From an uncultured Anaeroplasmataceae bacterium (GTDB taxonomy: Bacteria > Bacillota_I > Bacilli_A > Acholeplasmatales > Anaeroplasmataceae), in NCBI GenBank assembly GCA_964548855.1, contig CAZJSR010000002.1:28702-92701 (forward strand): a stretch of DNA of 64,000 nt, in the 5' to 3' direction. Each line of letters begins with the position of its first letter. The first letter of the stretch is position 1. Shown one piece after another: positions 1 through 10,675 of the stretch. The notes beneath the pieces were generated by a model. It saw nothing but the letters and a program-made list of their open reading frames with translations, was not told the DNA's origin and ran no database searches. The position numbers were made by a program, and so were the translations under genes.

Positions 1-1116
1 TTAGGATTAAAAGAGTTAAAAATATTTAATGCTGACGACTATAAACATCAACAAATGAATGAAACAAGTGAAGAATTTCGTAAAATTACAATGAAAGTCC
101 TTGTTATGCAACTTGCTAGTACGACAATTATGGATCTTGTAGCATATGGAGGTGCTGGTTTAGGTATTGCGATAGCGGTATATGAGAGTGCATTTTCTAC
201 TCTAAATCCTATTGCTTGTTTGTTCATATGTCTTTTGGCTGTTGAATTTTTCTTGCCACTTCGTGCATTCGGAAGTGCTTTTCATGTCGCAATGAATGGC
301 GCAAGTGCAGGTAAAAAGATATTATCAATTTTAAATACCGAAGAGCCAAAGTGGCAAGATAAAATGGTTAGTGATTATAATATAGATATTAAAAATGTTA
401 CGTTTTCATATGATGAAAATCGTAATGTATTGGAAGATGTATCTATGAGTTTTCCAAATAAAGGATTTATGGCAATAGTAGGCGAGAGTGGTTCAGGTAA
501 ATCTACTATTGTAAATATGATTATGGGTTCATTAAGACCTAATAAAGGTGAAGTAATGATTGGAAATACTAGTATTAATGAACTTAGTAGAGAAAATTAT
601 TATTCACACATTTCAGTTGTAAGTTATAATACTTATATTTTTAATGAAACAGTTAGAGAAAATTTTTTAATGGCTAGCCCATATATTAAAGACGAGGAAA
701 TTTATAATGCCTTAGAATTAGTAAATTTAAAGGATTTTATATTAAATAATGGTGGATTAGATAAATTAATCATTGAAGATGCGAATAATCTTTCAGGCGG
801 TGAGAGGCAACGTTTAGCTCTTGCGATTAATTTAGTAGCAAATAAAGATATATATATATTTGATGAAGCCACAAGTAATATTGATGTTGAAAGTGAAATT
901 ATTATTATGAATAATATAAAGAAATTATCACTTAATAAACTTGTAATTGTTATTTCTCACAGACTTTTAAATGTCATAGATGCTAATTATATATATTATA
1001 TGAAAAATGGAAGAGTTTCTGAATGTGGAAATCACAAACAATTGCTTAAGATAGATGGTGGATATAAAAATATGTATACTACACAAAAACAATTAGAGGA
1101 GGGATACTTATTATGA
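1..1116 (+). CDS. ABC exporter fused permease/ATPase, CydD-like subunit (5' end outside the window)
   Basis: Frame 1 is open from nt 1 (LGLKELKIFNADDYKHQQ precedes the first Met at 55), so the gene is cut by the window edge. The C-terminal NBD has Walker A GESGSGKST, signature LSGGERQRL, Walker B IYIFDEATS and H-loop ISHR. The TGA stop overlaps the next start (ATGATGA). Confidence 0.85.
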   Translation, partial: LGLKELKIFNADDYKHQQMNETSEEFRKITMKVLVMQLASTTIMDLVAYGGAGLGIAIAVYESAFSTLNPIACLFICLLAVEFFLPLRAFGSAFHVAMNGASAGKKILSILNTEEPKWQDKMVSDYNIDIKNVTFSYDENRNVLEDVSMSFPNKGFMAIVGESGSGKSTIVNMIMGSLRPNKGEVMIGNTSINELSRENYYSHISVVSYNTYIFNETVRENFLMASPYIKDEEIYNALELVNLKDFILNNGGLDKLIIEDANNLSGGERQRLALAINLVANKDIYIFDEATSNIDVESEIIIMNNIKKLSLNKLVIVISHRLLNVIDANYIYYMKNGRVSECGNHKQLLKIDGGYKNMYTTQKQLEEGYLL

Positions 1117-2798
1117 TGAAACAAAAAATAAGAAGAAGTGGTTTAAAGATCATGTCAAGTCTAATTGTATTGTTAGGTAGTCTCTCATATATTATGATAC
1201 TTGCTGTAATAAATGGTAGTTTGGGATTTATATGTGCAATGGGTGTAACTGTAGTTGGCGCAATAGGTGTTGCGAAAATATTAGGTGAGACTATTTGCCT
1301 ATCTTATACCTTAATTATTATACTCTTGGTTTTGTTTGGAGTACTTAGAGGTATTTTAAGGTATTTTGAGCAATATAGTAATCATTATATAGCGTTTAAA
1401 TTACTTGCAGTATTAAGAGATAAAATATTTGCTAAACTTAGAAAACTTGCACCTCAAGAACTTGATAATGATAAAAAGGGAAGTATTATTGCGTTGATTA
1501 CTAGTGATATAGAAACATTAGAAGTCTTTTATGCACATACTATATCTCCAATATGTATTGCTTGTATAGTTTCTTTATTATCAATGTTATTTGTAGGGCT
1601 TATATCTTCTTGGTATCTCGTAATTATTCAATTTATTTCATATATTGTAATAGGAATTATAGTTCCGATTATTTCATCAAAAAAATTAAAAAGTTCAGGT
1701 GTTATTTATAGAAATGAGTTTTCTAGTTTCAATGCTTATTTTTTAGATAGTATAAAAGGAATTAAAGATATTGTTCTTAATAATAACGCATCTTTAAGAA
1801 ATATGGAAGTTAATAGAAGAAGTGATAAATTATTAACAGAAACTAAAAAAATGAAAAACGATATAACCAAATCATCTTCAATAGTTGAAATGCTTGTATC
1901 AATTTGTATTTTCTTATCGCTTTTATTAGGTATCTTCCTTGTAAAAAAAGAAATTGTATCATTTGGTAGAATGTTAATTGCGATTGTCACTATATTTAGT
2001 TCATTTGGACCAGTAATTGCGATATCTTCATTGCCAGGAAATTTAACACAAACACTCGCAAGTGGAAATAGAGTTCTTGATTTGCTTGCAAAAGAGCCTC
2101 AAGTAAAAGAAATTAAAAGTAAAAATGATATTGTATATCATAATCTAGATGTAAAGAATTTATCATTTTCATATAATAATCAAATAGAAGTTTTAAAAGA
2201 TATAAGTCTAAGAGCTAAAAAGGGCGAAATAATAGGAATAGTAGGAGACAGTGGTTCTGGAAAGTCAACGCTACTTAAACTTTTATTAAGGTTTTGGCAA
2301 AAGTCTAGAGGAAATATAGAATATAATGGAATTGATATTGAGAATATTAATACAAACAGCCTTCTTGAAAATGTAACGATGGTAAGTCAGTCTACATATT
2401 TATTTGATGAAACTATAGAAGATAATATACGTCTTGCATTTTTAGATGCCAAACCAGAAGATATATATAACGCATGTAAGATGGCGTCTATTCATGATTT
2501 TATTATGGGCCTTCCTTTAGGATATAAAACTCCAGTAGGAATGTTGGGTGATAATTTATCAGCAGGTGAGAAACAAAGAATTGGATTAGCCAGGGCTTTC
2601 TTAAGAGGTAGTCAGCTTATTTTGCTTGATGAACCAACAAGTAATGTTGATAGTATTAATGAAGGTATTATTTTAAAATCCTTAAAAGAACAAAAGAGCA
2701 AAAAAAGTATTATTTTAGTATCTCATAGAGAATCCACTATGGCTATTGCAGATAGGGTATATCGTATTGAAAAAGGTATTATTTATGAATACAAGTGA
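1113..2798 (+). CDS. ABC exporter fused permease/ATPase, CydC-like subunit
   Basis: N-terminal 6-TM-type domain, then an NBD with Walker A GDSGSGKST, signature LSAGEKQRI, Walker B LILLDEPTS and H-loop VSHR. Translationally coupled to the upstream paralog. Confidence 0.85.
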   Translation: MMKQKIRRSGLKIMSSLIVLLGSLSYIMILAVINGSLGFICAMGVTVVGAIGVAKILGETICLSYTLIIILLVLFGVLRGILRYFEQYSNHYIAFKLLAVLRDKIFAKLRKLAPQELDNDKKGSIIALITSDIETLEVFYAHTISPICIACIVSLLSMLFVGLISSWYLVIIQFISYIVIGIIVPIISSKKLKSSGVIYRNEFSSFNAYFLDSIKGIKDIVLNNNASLRNMEVNRRSDKLLTETKKMKNDITKSSSIVEMLVSICIFLSLLLGIFLVKKEIVSFGRMLIAIVTIFSSFGPVIAISSLPGNLTQTLASGNRVLDLLAKEPQVKEIKSKNDIVYHNLDVKNLSFSYNNQIEVLKDISLRAKKGEIIGIVGDSGSGKSTLLKLLLRFWQKSRGNIEYNGIDIENINTNSLLENVTMVSQSTYLFDETIEDNIRLAFLDAKPEDIYNACKMASIHDFIMGLPLGYKTPVGMLGDNLSAGEKQRIGLARAFLRGSQLILLDEPTSNVDSINEGIILKSLKEQKSKKSIILVSHRESTMAIADRVYRIEKGIIYEYK

Positions 2799-2810
2799 TG
2801 GAGAAATATA

Positions 2811-3221
2811 ATGAAATTAAAAAAAATATTATGGATTATAGTTGGATTTATAGGTCTTATACTTGGGGCAATTGGGGCATTTTTACCAATTCTTCCATCT
2901 GTCCCATTTTTATTATTGGCACTATTTGGATTTGGAAAAAGTTCAGAAAAGTTGCATAATTGGTTTATTAAAACAAAACTTTATAAGAATAATTTAGAAT
3001 CATTTGTAAAAGGCCAAGGTATGACCTGGAAAACTAAGGTAAAAATTATACTTACAGTAACGCTACTTATGGCCATTGGTTTTTTTATGATGTTTAGAAA
3101 AAGATTATATATACCATGTACTGTACTAGCATTGGTTTGGATTGTTCACTTAATATATTTTATATTTGGTGTGAAAAAATATAAAGGAAATAAAATAAAT
3201 GACGAAATAAGTACCGAGTAA
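2811..3221 (+). CDS. YbaN/DUF454 family small inner-membrane protein
   Basis: The N-terminus GFIGLILGAIGAFLPILPSVPFLLLALFGF is the typical YbaN-family signature. Size is 136 aa with predicted TM helices. Starts 12 nt after the upstream stop. Confidence 0.65.
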   Translation: MKLKKILWIIVGFIGLILGAIGAFLPILPSVPFLLLALFGFGKSSEKLHNWFIKTKLYKNNLESFVKGQGMTWKTKVKIILTVTLLMAIGFFMMFRKRLYIPCTVLALVWIVHLIYFIFGVKKYKGNKINDEISTE

Positions 3222-3245
3222 AATCGGTAAAAAAATAAGAGAGGA

Positions 3246-3261
3246 GTTAGCGTATGCTAAC
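3246..3261. other. Perfect 6-bp-stem hairpin/palindrome GTTAGC-GTAT-GCTAAC between ybaN-like gene and first MacB-like gene
   Basis: Read directly from the sequence. No T-run follows, so it is not a convincing terminator. It could be an operator or an RNA processing element. Confidence 0.3.
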
Positions 3262-3275
3262 TATAGGAATAGTAT

Positions 3276-5348
3276 ATGTCATTACTAAGATTAAATAATA
3301 TAGGTAAAATATATGATTCAAATAATATTTTAACTATTGGATTAAGAAATATTAATCTTGAATTTGATTTTAACGAATTTGTTACTATAGAAGGAGAAAG
3401 CGGTTCAGGTAAATCGACCCTTCTTAATGTTATTGGCGCAAACGATACTTATGAAGAAGGTGAAATGTATTTAAATGGTTGTGAAACATCTCATTTTACA
3501 AAGGCAGAATGGGAAAGTTATAGGCAAAAATATATTGCGACTATTTTTCAAGATTTTAATATTATTGAAAATCTAACGGTAGTTGAAAATATTGAACTTG
3601 CGCTCCTTAGAATTGAAGATAAAAAAATAAGAAGAAAGAAAGCTTTAGAGCTTATAAAAAAAGTAGGACTTATTAATCAATATAATCAAAAAGGTAGTAA
3701 ATTATCAGGTGGAGAAAAACAAAGAACAGTTATTGCACGCGCATTAGCTAAGGATGCGCCAATAATACTAGCTGATGAACCAACAGGGGCTTTAGATGTT
3801 AAATCATCACGAGAAATTGCAAAGTTACTTAAGGATGTATCGCAAGATAAACTTATAATAGTTGTAACTCATAATCCAGAGTTTTTTTCAGATTATGCAA
3901 CTCGTAGAGTAACTATATTTGACGGAAATGTTAAAGAAGATAATGTTATTGAAAAGAAAAACAGTGAAGTTAAAAAAGAAATATTTGATAGTATTAACAG
4001 TAGAAAAAAAGTATTAAGAGATACTATAAATATAGGAACTCTTAATTACAAAAGTAGACCTAAGTTTACAACTATGATGAGTTTTGCATTACTTGTTTGT
4101 GCCATAACTTTGTTTATTATTTTATCACTTGTAAAAAGTACGCTTATAAAACCCATTACTACTTTTATAGATGATGTTCCTATAAGTGGTAAAGTAATAG
4201 TTTTAAACGATAAAGGACTATTCACAGAAGAAGAACTTGATGAGACTTCTAATATTACAAATGCTGGGTTTTATTTACTAGATAATACGTATTCAGAATT
4301 TAAGGTGAATATTTCTAAAAAAAGTGGTATGATTTCATCTTATCAAGTTAATTGTGTTTATTCGCCATATCAATATAATTTAAAAAAAGGGAACGCTGTT
4401 TTAGAGATTCCGAGGTCGTATTTAAAAGACAAAGATAAGATTATTAATGTTTTTAAAAACGCTAATGTTGGAATTGATAATATCTCTGTTAAAACAACAC
4501 TTACAAATAATGATGTAATGCTTTATTTATCACATTATGATGTTACTAATAACGGAGTAAAAATAAAATCGATAAATACGACTATGAAGTTAGGAGAATT
4601 AGAGGTAAATGTATATGCATTTGAATCGTCTGATCTTTTAAATCAAGGTGAAATAATGCTTATTAATTCAAATACTTATCAAGCTACAAAATATAAAGCT
4701 ATATTTTCTTTAGATTCAACCAGGTTATATGATATTATCGATGATTCATTAATTGATGAGACAAAAAGTGGACTTATAGTTAAACTTAGTGAAGAAGATT
4801 ATAAAAAAGTATTTGAAACACCAATAACTACTTCAAATCAGTCAGCATTATATTTTGAAAACGATAAGTTAGCTATGAAATATTTGGATAATCTTCCGAC
4901 AGGTGTTATGGGAATGTTATCTAATAGTAAAGTATATGTAAATAATGCAGGAGAGATATATGAAATGAATATTATTTATTATATATCTCTAATTATGATT
5001 TGTATTCTTTTAGCCGCATTAATTAGTGTTATATTTAGCAGAAGTGTTAAGGTATTTCAAACTGATTATGCTGTTTATAGAACACTTGGAATATCAAATA
5101 AAATATCTTCACTATCACTTCATGTTCAAATGACGTTAATTTTTTTACCAACTATTATATTATTGCCTTTAATAAGTTTGATTACTGTTTTAATTCCAAA
5201 TCTTAATATTGGATTTATAACAATTGGTGATTATTTATTTATAGAAATAATGCTTTTATTAATTGTTCAATTTGTGGCATTCACTTTTAATAAATCCATA
5301 AATAGTCAATCAATAAGAAAAACACTTAGAAGGGGGATAAAAGGTTAA
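3276..5348 (+). CDS. MacB-architecture ABC protein: N-terminal ATPase fused to 4-TM FtsX-type permease with a ~280-aa extracytoplasmic domain
   Basis: ATPase motifs are intact: Walker A GESGSGKST, signature LSGGEKQRT, Walker B IILADEPTGALD, H-loop VTHN. TM1 is FTTMMSFALLVCAITLFIILSLV, followed by a long hydrophilic domain and three C-terminal TMs with an FtsX-like YRTLGIS motif. Confidence 0.85.
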   Translation: MSLLRLNNIGKIYDSNNILTIGLRNINLEFDFNEFVTIEGESGSGKSTLLNVIGANDTYEEGEMYLNGCETSHFTKAEWESYRQKYIATIFQDFNIIENLTVVENIELALLRIEDKKIRRKKALELIKKVGLINQYNQKGSKLSGGEKQRTVIARALAKDAPIILADEPTGALDVKSSREIAKLLKDVSQDKLIIVVTHNPEFFSDYATRRVTIFDGNVKEDNVIEKKNSEVKKEIFDSINSRKKVLRDTINIGTLNYKSRPKFTTMMSFALLVCAITLFIILSLVKSTLIKPITTFIDDVPISGKVIVLNDKGLFTEEELDETSNITNAGFYLLDNTYSEFKVNISKKSGMISSYQVNCVYSPYQYNLKKGNAVLEIPRSYLKDKDKIINVFKNANVGIDNISVKTTLTNNDVMLYLSHYDVTNNGVKIKSINTTMKLGELEVNVYAFESSDLLNQGEIMLINSNTYQATKYKAIFSLDSTRLYDIIDDSLIDETKSGLIVKLSEEDYKKVFETPITTSNQSALYFENDKLAMKYLDNLPTGVMGMLSNSKVYVNNAGEIYEMNIIYYISLIMICILLAALISVIFSRSVKVFQTDYAVYRTLGISNKISSLSLHVQMTLIFLPTIILLPLISLITVLIPNLNIGFITIGDYLFIEIMLLLIVQFVAFTFNKSINSQSIRKTLRRGIKG

Positions 5349-5349
5349 T

Positions 5350-7605
5350 ATGGCTAAGATAATAGTAGAAAATATAGTTAAAACGTTTAATAAACGGTCG
5401 AGAAATGCTAATAAAGTATTAAAGGGTGTTTCCTTCAGTCTTCCAGAAAAAGGTTTAGTATGTATTTTCGGAAAAAGCGGAAGTGGAAAAACTACACTTC
5501 TTAATATCATTGGTGGTCTTGAAAAGCCTGATATGGGAAAAGTATATATAGATGGTGTTGATACATCTGTTAATACTGATAAAATTAGGAATACTAAGAT
5601 TGGTTTTATATTTCAAAATTATTACCTTGAAAAAGGGTATACGGTAAAAGAAATTCTAAAAAATCAAATGATTATCGCAGGTTTTAAAGATGAAATTGAA
5701 ATAAATAGACGATGTGAAGAATCATTAAAACTCGTATCAATGGAACGCTTTAAAAACAAACAAGGTGATACGCTATCTGGTGGACAACAACAAAGAGTTG
5801 CGATAGCTAGAGCTATTTTAAAAGGTAGTGACATTATTCTAGCGGATGAGCCAACTGGAAATCTTGATGCTTTAAATACTATACAAGTTATGGAGATATT
5901 AAAAGAGATATCGAAAACTAAACTTGTTGTTATGGTAACACATGAGGTTACTTTAATTAAGAAATATGCTACTAGTAACATAATGATAGTAGATGGACAA
6001 TTAGTTGAAGATAGTAATATATCTGATTTAGATATAGCATCATCTACATATGATGTTAATAATAAAAATGAATTAAATAGCGATATGTTATTAACTTTTA
6101 AAGAAAGTACTTCAAAAAGAAATGGTAGATTATTTAGATTTAAGAATTTCTTTAAAAGAAACGACGAAAAAAAGTTTACAACGGCTAATATATTTAAACA
6201 AATATTTTTATTAGTAATATCGTTAGTTATATGTTTTTTATCATTTAAAATTTATGAAATATATAATTCTAAATTAGAAACAAAGCCAATTTTAGAAAAT
6301 ACGGTATATACTAATTTAAATTCTTATTCTGTATTACGTAGATGTGATGAAAGTAAGTATGAATGTGTAGATTTTTTTGATATAGAAATGAAAACAGGAA
6401 GTTTTAGTTATGCACAGTTATCTAGCCTTTCTGGTATAGAGGTAAAATATACACCTAAATCAATTGAACAGGATGAAATGCTTGATATTTTATATGGTAG
6501 AATGCCTGAAGGTAATGAAGTAGTTGTATCAAGGAAAATGGCTGAGGTTTTAAAAAAAGAATTTAGAGTTAAGGACTTAAATCAAGATAAGGCGATAACT
6601 CTAATGACATTCGATAGACAGTATAATATAGTTGGAATTACACCAGGAGATGAAAAAGAAATATATTTTAATAAAGTTGATTACGTTAATTTCTTAGGAG
6701 TATATAATAAAATATCATTTGATGATAACGGACATATTTTATTTAAAGATAGTTATAGTGAAATGTCTTATAGTGCTCAAATTCTTTTATATGATGATGT
6801 ATTAGATAATGATAAAGTTTTAGTTGAGCTGAATCGAAATTCTCTTTATAAAATGATGTCAAATACAAAAGAGGCTGATTACGAGGTTGATAAAACTAAT
6901 TCAGTTTTAAAAACAAAACCGTATTCTATACAACTATCAGGAAGTAAGGTTTATGTAGAACGTTTTGAAATTACAAGAGATGTTATGCAAACAGACATTA
7001 GAATATATGTAAACAAAAATGTGTTAAAAAATATATTTGTATATATTTCACCAAATCTTGATGTATTGTCATTAGGTGAAAATCAATGTTATTTTGAAAT
7101 AAAAGCTAGCAATGATAATAGTTTTACATCTTTAAAAAAAGAACTTAGAGATTTAGGAGTAACAACAGTAAATATTAGTAGAATATATGAAATGAATAGT
7201 AATGAATTAAAAGATTCTATGAAAGGTGAATTGTATCTTTTTATTGTAGTTATTATTTTATTGTTAATTATTTACTTCTTTATTGAGAAATCAGGAAGTA
7301 TAAAAAATAGTAAAGAATATGGTATTTATCGCGCAATAGGAGTTAATAAAGGAAATTTATTATTTAAAGAAACAGTTAACGCTATTTTAAATAATATTTT
7401 AAGTTATTTTATCTTCTTTGCAATAACGGTAATTTTAATTTCAATTAGATATTGGGTAATGAATATTTCATTCTTAGAATTTATAGGAATATCATTGATA
7501 AATTTTGTGATTTCATCAATCATTATGATTTTATTGTCGATTATTCCATACTTGTTTGTCTTGACAAATAGTCCTTCAGAGATTTTGGCAAGATATGATA
7601 TATAG
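5350..7605 (+). CDS. MacB-architecture ABC protein (ATPase-FtsX fusion), partner of 3276..5348
   Basis: ATPase motifs are intact: Walker A GKSGSGKTT, signature LSGGQQQRV, Walker B IILADEPTGNLD, H-loop VTHE. It has a single TM, a ~330-aa extracytoplasmic domain and a C-terminal FtsX-like 3-TM bundle (YGIYRAIGVNKG). Starts 1 nt after the upstream stop. Confidence 0.85.
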   Translation: MAKIIVENIVKTFNKRSRNANKVLKGVSFSLPEKGLVCIFGKSGSGKTTLLNIIGGLEKPDMGKVYIDGVDTSVNTDKIRNTKIGFIFQNYYLEKGYTVKEILKNQMIIAGFKDEIEINRRCEESLKLVSMERFKNKQGDTLSGGQQQRVAIARAILKGSDIILADEPTGNLDALNTIQVMEILKEISKTKLVVMVTHEVTLIKKYATSNIMIVDGQLVEDSNISDLDIASSTYDVNNKNELNSDMLLTFKESTSKRNGRLFRFKNFFKRNDEKKFTTANIFKQIFLLVISLVICFLSFKIYEIYNSKLETKPILENTVYTNLNSYSVLRRCDESKYECVDFFDIEMKTGSFSYAQLSSLSGIEVKYTPKSIEQDEMLDILYGRMPEGNEVVVSRKMAEVLKKEFRVKDLNQDKAITLMTFDRQYNIVGITPGDEKEIYFNKVDYVNFLGVYNKISFDDNGHILFKDSYSEMSYSAQILLYDDVLDNDKVLVELNRNSLYKMMSNTKEADYEVDKTNSVLKTKPYSIQLSGSKVYVERFEITRDVMQTDIRIYVNKNVLKNIFVYISPNLDVLSLGENQCYFEIKASNDNSFTSLKKELRDLGVTTVNISRIYEMNSNELKDSMKGELYLFIVVIILLLIIYFFIEKSGSIKNSKEYGIYRAIGVNKGNLLFKETVNAILNNILSYFIFFAITVILISIRYWVMNISFLEFIGISLINFVISSIIMILLSIIPYLFVLTNSPSEILARYDI

Positions 7606-7625
7606 TTAATTAGAGGAGATTTATT

Positions 7626-10600
7626 ATGGTAAAGGTTAAGAAAAGTTTTTTTACAGTAGTAATGTCAATTTTACTTATTGTATTTATGTATATGCTTTGT
7701 GCATGTAAGAGTAAAGAATTTACAGTTACATTTAATGTTTTAGGAAAAACACAAACTGTAGAAGTTATAGATGGAAAAGTAGAATTTCCATCAGACCCTG
7801 AAAAAGAATATTATCAATTTAGAGGATGGTATAAAACTGATACTTTTTTAGAAGGTAGTGAATTTACAAAGGATACAGAAGTTAAAGAAAATTTAACAGT
7901 ATACGCTTATTTCGCACCTATTTATGTTGGAATTTCAGTTAATGGTAGTAAAACTACTGATATTAAATTAGAAGATTTAAAAACAAAAACAGAAGAATAT
8001 AAATCAGATGCAAGTAGTAAGAATCTTACATTTGATGGGTGGTATATAGATCAAGGATACACAACTAAATATAGTTCACAAGATGCAGATAATCTTTATG
8101 CTAGATATATGGCAGAAGTAGTGTTTGATAATGGATATGAGGTTGTTTATAAAACATTAGTGCAAACTGAAACTTCAGTTTCAAGACCGGAAGATTCATT
8201 AATTGTAAAGAATTATATGGATAGTGAAGATATATCATTTGAAACAGAAGATGGAAATGAATATGATTTTAATTCTATTATTCAAGCAAATACTAAAATC
8301 AATGTTAAATGGAAGAGCCCGTATTTAATTTATAAGAAGATAGAAGGTACTACGAATTATGCCGCTATTGGATTTGAAAGTGAACATGCATCAGAAGTAA
8401 CTCAGTTTCCGTGTTTATCGATTTTATCAAAAAACGTAAATATTAAAGATACTGCAGGAAACAGATTAAACGCAAATGTTGTTGCCCTAGATGCAGATGG
8501 AATATCTTTTGATTCTTATCGTTTTAATAGTTGCATAGAAGGTGCGAAGAAGATTATTTTCGCAGAAGGTATTGAACGTATATCATCATTACAAGGTAAT
8601 GTAGCTACTATTGTTGAGGAAATAGTATTTCCAAAATCACTTAAAATTTTAGAAAAATCAATTTGGTATTTTGATAATTTAAAATCAATCGAATTACCAT
8701 CTAATGTAGAAGTAATAATAGATTGTTTTTGGAAACATTTTATGGATTATACTAATGGATTATATCGAGGTAAATATGAATATGATTTTGATATTGTTAT
8801 TCCAAGTAGTGTAAAAAGTTTAGCTTTGGTGCCACTTAATGTAGTTTTTTCTAATGATTCAAATTATTATATTGAGGACAATCAAATATATAAACTTGAC
8901 AATGGTAGCGTCTCATTAGTATCTATTATGCAAGATAGTGTATCAGATGGAAAATTATACATTAAAGAAGGTGTAGAAAAAATACATGTTGGTATTCTTA
9001 ATAAATTAGAGTTTGATTATTTGTATTTACCAGGCACAATATCAGGTGTTTTATATACTGCCCCAAATACAGATTATGATATGATTTATGATGGTAAATA
9101 TTTAACAGACCACGAGTATATAACTTCTCCATCATCTTCTAAAATGCATACTGATGCATATACTATTTTAGATAATTTAGAATCTATTTCATATGTTATT
9201 TTTAATACAAGTTCATATCCTTTCCAATCTAATGAATTATTTAAAGGAGAGGTTAATAATAATATTTTAACATATGACCGTATGGATGAAACTAAATTAG
9301 TGTTTATTGCACAGGTATTAGAAGGTAATATTAATTTAAATATTGATTATAGAAATTCAATGATCGATGATAGTAAAAATAGTGTTGTTTTAACTATTCC
9401 TACAAACACAGTTTTAGATGAATATGAATTATTAGATGAAATAGGTATAACAAGTGAAGCTCTTGGAATGAAAATAAAGGTAACTTCAATTACTCAGTTT
9501 GGTGAAGACTATGTTTTTGGACAAAAGGATTGTAACCAATATATAAGCATTGTATATGAATATGATGTATTAGGATTTACGTATGAAGAAAATACTGATT
9601 TAAAATATACTGTAACAGGATTTGATCAAACAACAGCGCAAGAACTAGAAAATGGAACGTATCTTGTGATTATTCCGGATGTTTTAAATGATATAGAAAT
9701 TACAGAGATTTCTGAAAATGCTTTTAAAGATAACAATAGAATATCAAAAGTATATATTGGTAAATATGTAAAAGTAATTGGAAGTCAAGCATTTATGAAC
9801 ACATCAAATTTAGAATATTTATCAATTACACCAGGAAGTCTTGAAACAATAGAACAAAGTGCATTTGAGAATTTAGGATGTATTTATGAAGATGGAAAAT
9901 GGAATAGAAATCCTGAAATGCCTAAATTTGAGTTTACAAATTTTACAGGAAGAACAGCATATGTCTATATTCCGCTATCTAAGTTAAAAACAGTAAAGCC
10001 CTATGCATTCAAGTCAATGGCAATTTCAACTTTTATGCCAGTAAAGGGAGAGGAAAGTCGTACTCTTGCGGAATTTAATTATGGTGAAGATGTTATGAAT
10101 GGCAGTGCAGTTATAGGAGAGTTCTATTATTTAGTTGATGTTAATAGCGACATTATAGCACTTGCTAGATACAAAGATATTGAACAAGTAGAACGTATTA
10201 GTTGTATTGACACTTCAAAGAGTGTAATGGTTAATATGTGGGATGTAGAAGTAGTTGCGACTGTAAGTGGTGAAAAGAGTGATAATACATTTAGTGTAGG
10301 TTTTAGTTTACGTACTTTCGCATCATTCATGGGAGAATCTAGTGATCTTAATGTTTTACGCTTTGAATTAATGGAAGGTTCAGTGTATTATCGTGATTCT
10401 GTTTGTTTTGGTATTGTAAGCAAAGTTCATAAAAATGCTTTTACAGATATGGGTATATTCTCTAATAAAGGTTATGCAACTATTGAGTATTATAATCGTG
10501 ATGGAGATGTATGGATTACTAAAGAAGATATAGTAGAACAAAATAGTTTAATATTTGAAGATGGATGGTGGGAAGGTATTAAGAATAGTGAAAATACTGC

Positions 10601-10646
10601 CGTTTTAGAAGATAAAGTAGAGGGTTCTACTAGTTTATTAGTTTAA
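7626..10646 (+). CDS. Large surface lipoprotein with InlB-B (Listeria-Bacteroides, Flg_new-type) repeats and BspA-type leucine-rich repeats
   Basis: Signal peptide with lipobox-like LCAC|K. There are repeated F(R/D)GWY motifs (YQFRGWYKTDTF, LTFDGWYIDQGYTT). BspA/LRR_5-like segments are present (ISENAFKDNNRISKVYIGKYVKVIGSQAFMNTSNLEYLSI; FPKSLKILEKSIWYFDNLKSIELP). Length is 1006 aa. Confidence 0.75.
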   Translation: MVKVKKSFFTVVMSILLIVFMYMLCACKSKEFTVTFNVLGKTQTVEVIDGKVEFPSDPEKEYYQFRGWYKTDTFLEGSEFTKDTEVKENLTVYAYFAPIYVGISVNGSKTTDIKLEDLKTKTEEYKSDASSKNLTFDGWYIDQGYTTKYSSQDADNLYARYMAEVVFDNGYEVVYKTLVQTETSVSRPEDSLIVKNYMDSEDISFETEDGNEYDFNSIIQANTKINVKWKSPYLIYKKIEGTTNYAAIGFESEHASEVTQFPCLSILSKNVNIKDTAGNRLNANVVALDADGISFDSYRFNSCIEGAKKIIFAEGIERISSLQGNVATIVEEIVFPKSLKILEKSIWYFDNLKSIELPSNVEVIIDCFWKHFMDYTNGLYRGKYEYDFDIVIPSSVKSLALVPLNVVFSNDSNYYIEDNQIYKLDNGSVSLVSIMQDSVSDGKLYIKEGVEKIHVGILNKLEFDYLYLPGTISGVLYTAPNTDYDMIYDGKYLTDHEYITSPSSSKMHTDAYTILDNLESISYVIFNTSSYPFQSNELFKGEVNNNILTYDRMDETKLVFIAQVLEGNINLNIDYRNSMIDDSKNSVVLTIPTNTVLDEYELLDEIGITSEALGMKIKVTSITQFGEDYVFGQKDCNQYISIVYEYDVLGFTYEENTDLKYTVTGFDQTTAQELENGTYLVIIPDVLNDIEITEISENAFKDNNRISKVYIGKYVKVIGSQAFMNTSNLEYLSITPGSLETIEQSAFENLGCIYEDGKWNRNPEMPKFEFTNFTGRTAYVYIPLSKLKTVKPYAFKSMAISTFMPVKGEESRTLAEFNYGEDVMNGSAVIGEFYYLVDVNSDIIALARYKDIEQVERISCIDTSKSVMVNMWDVEVVATVSGEKSDNTFSVGFSLRTFASFMGESSDLNVLRFELMEGSVYYRDSVCFGIVSKVHKNAFTDMGIFSNKGYATIEYYNRDGDVWITKEDIVEQNSLIFEDGWWEGIKNSENTAVLEDKVEGSTSLLV

Positions 10647-10675
10647 TTAATGTGTGCTAAGTGAGGACAACGCAA

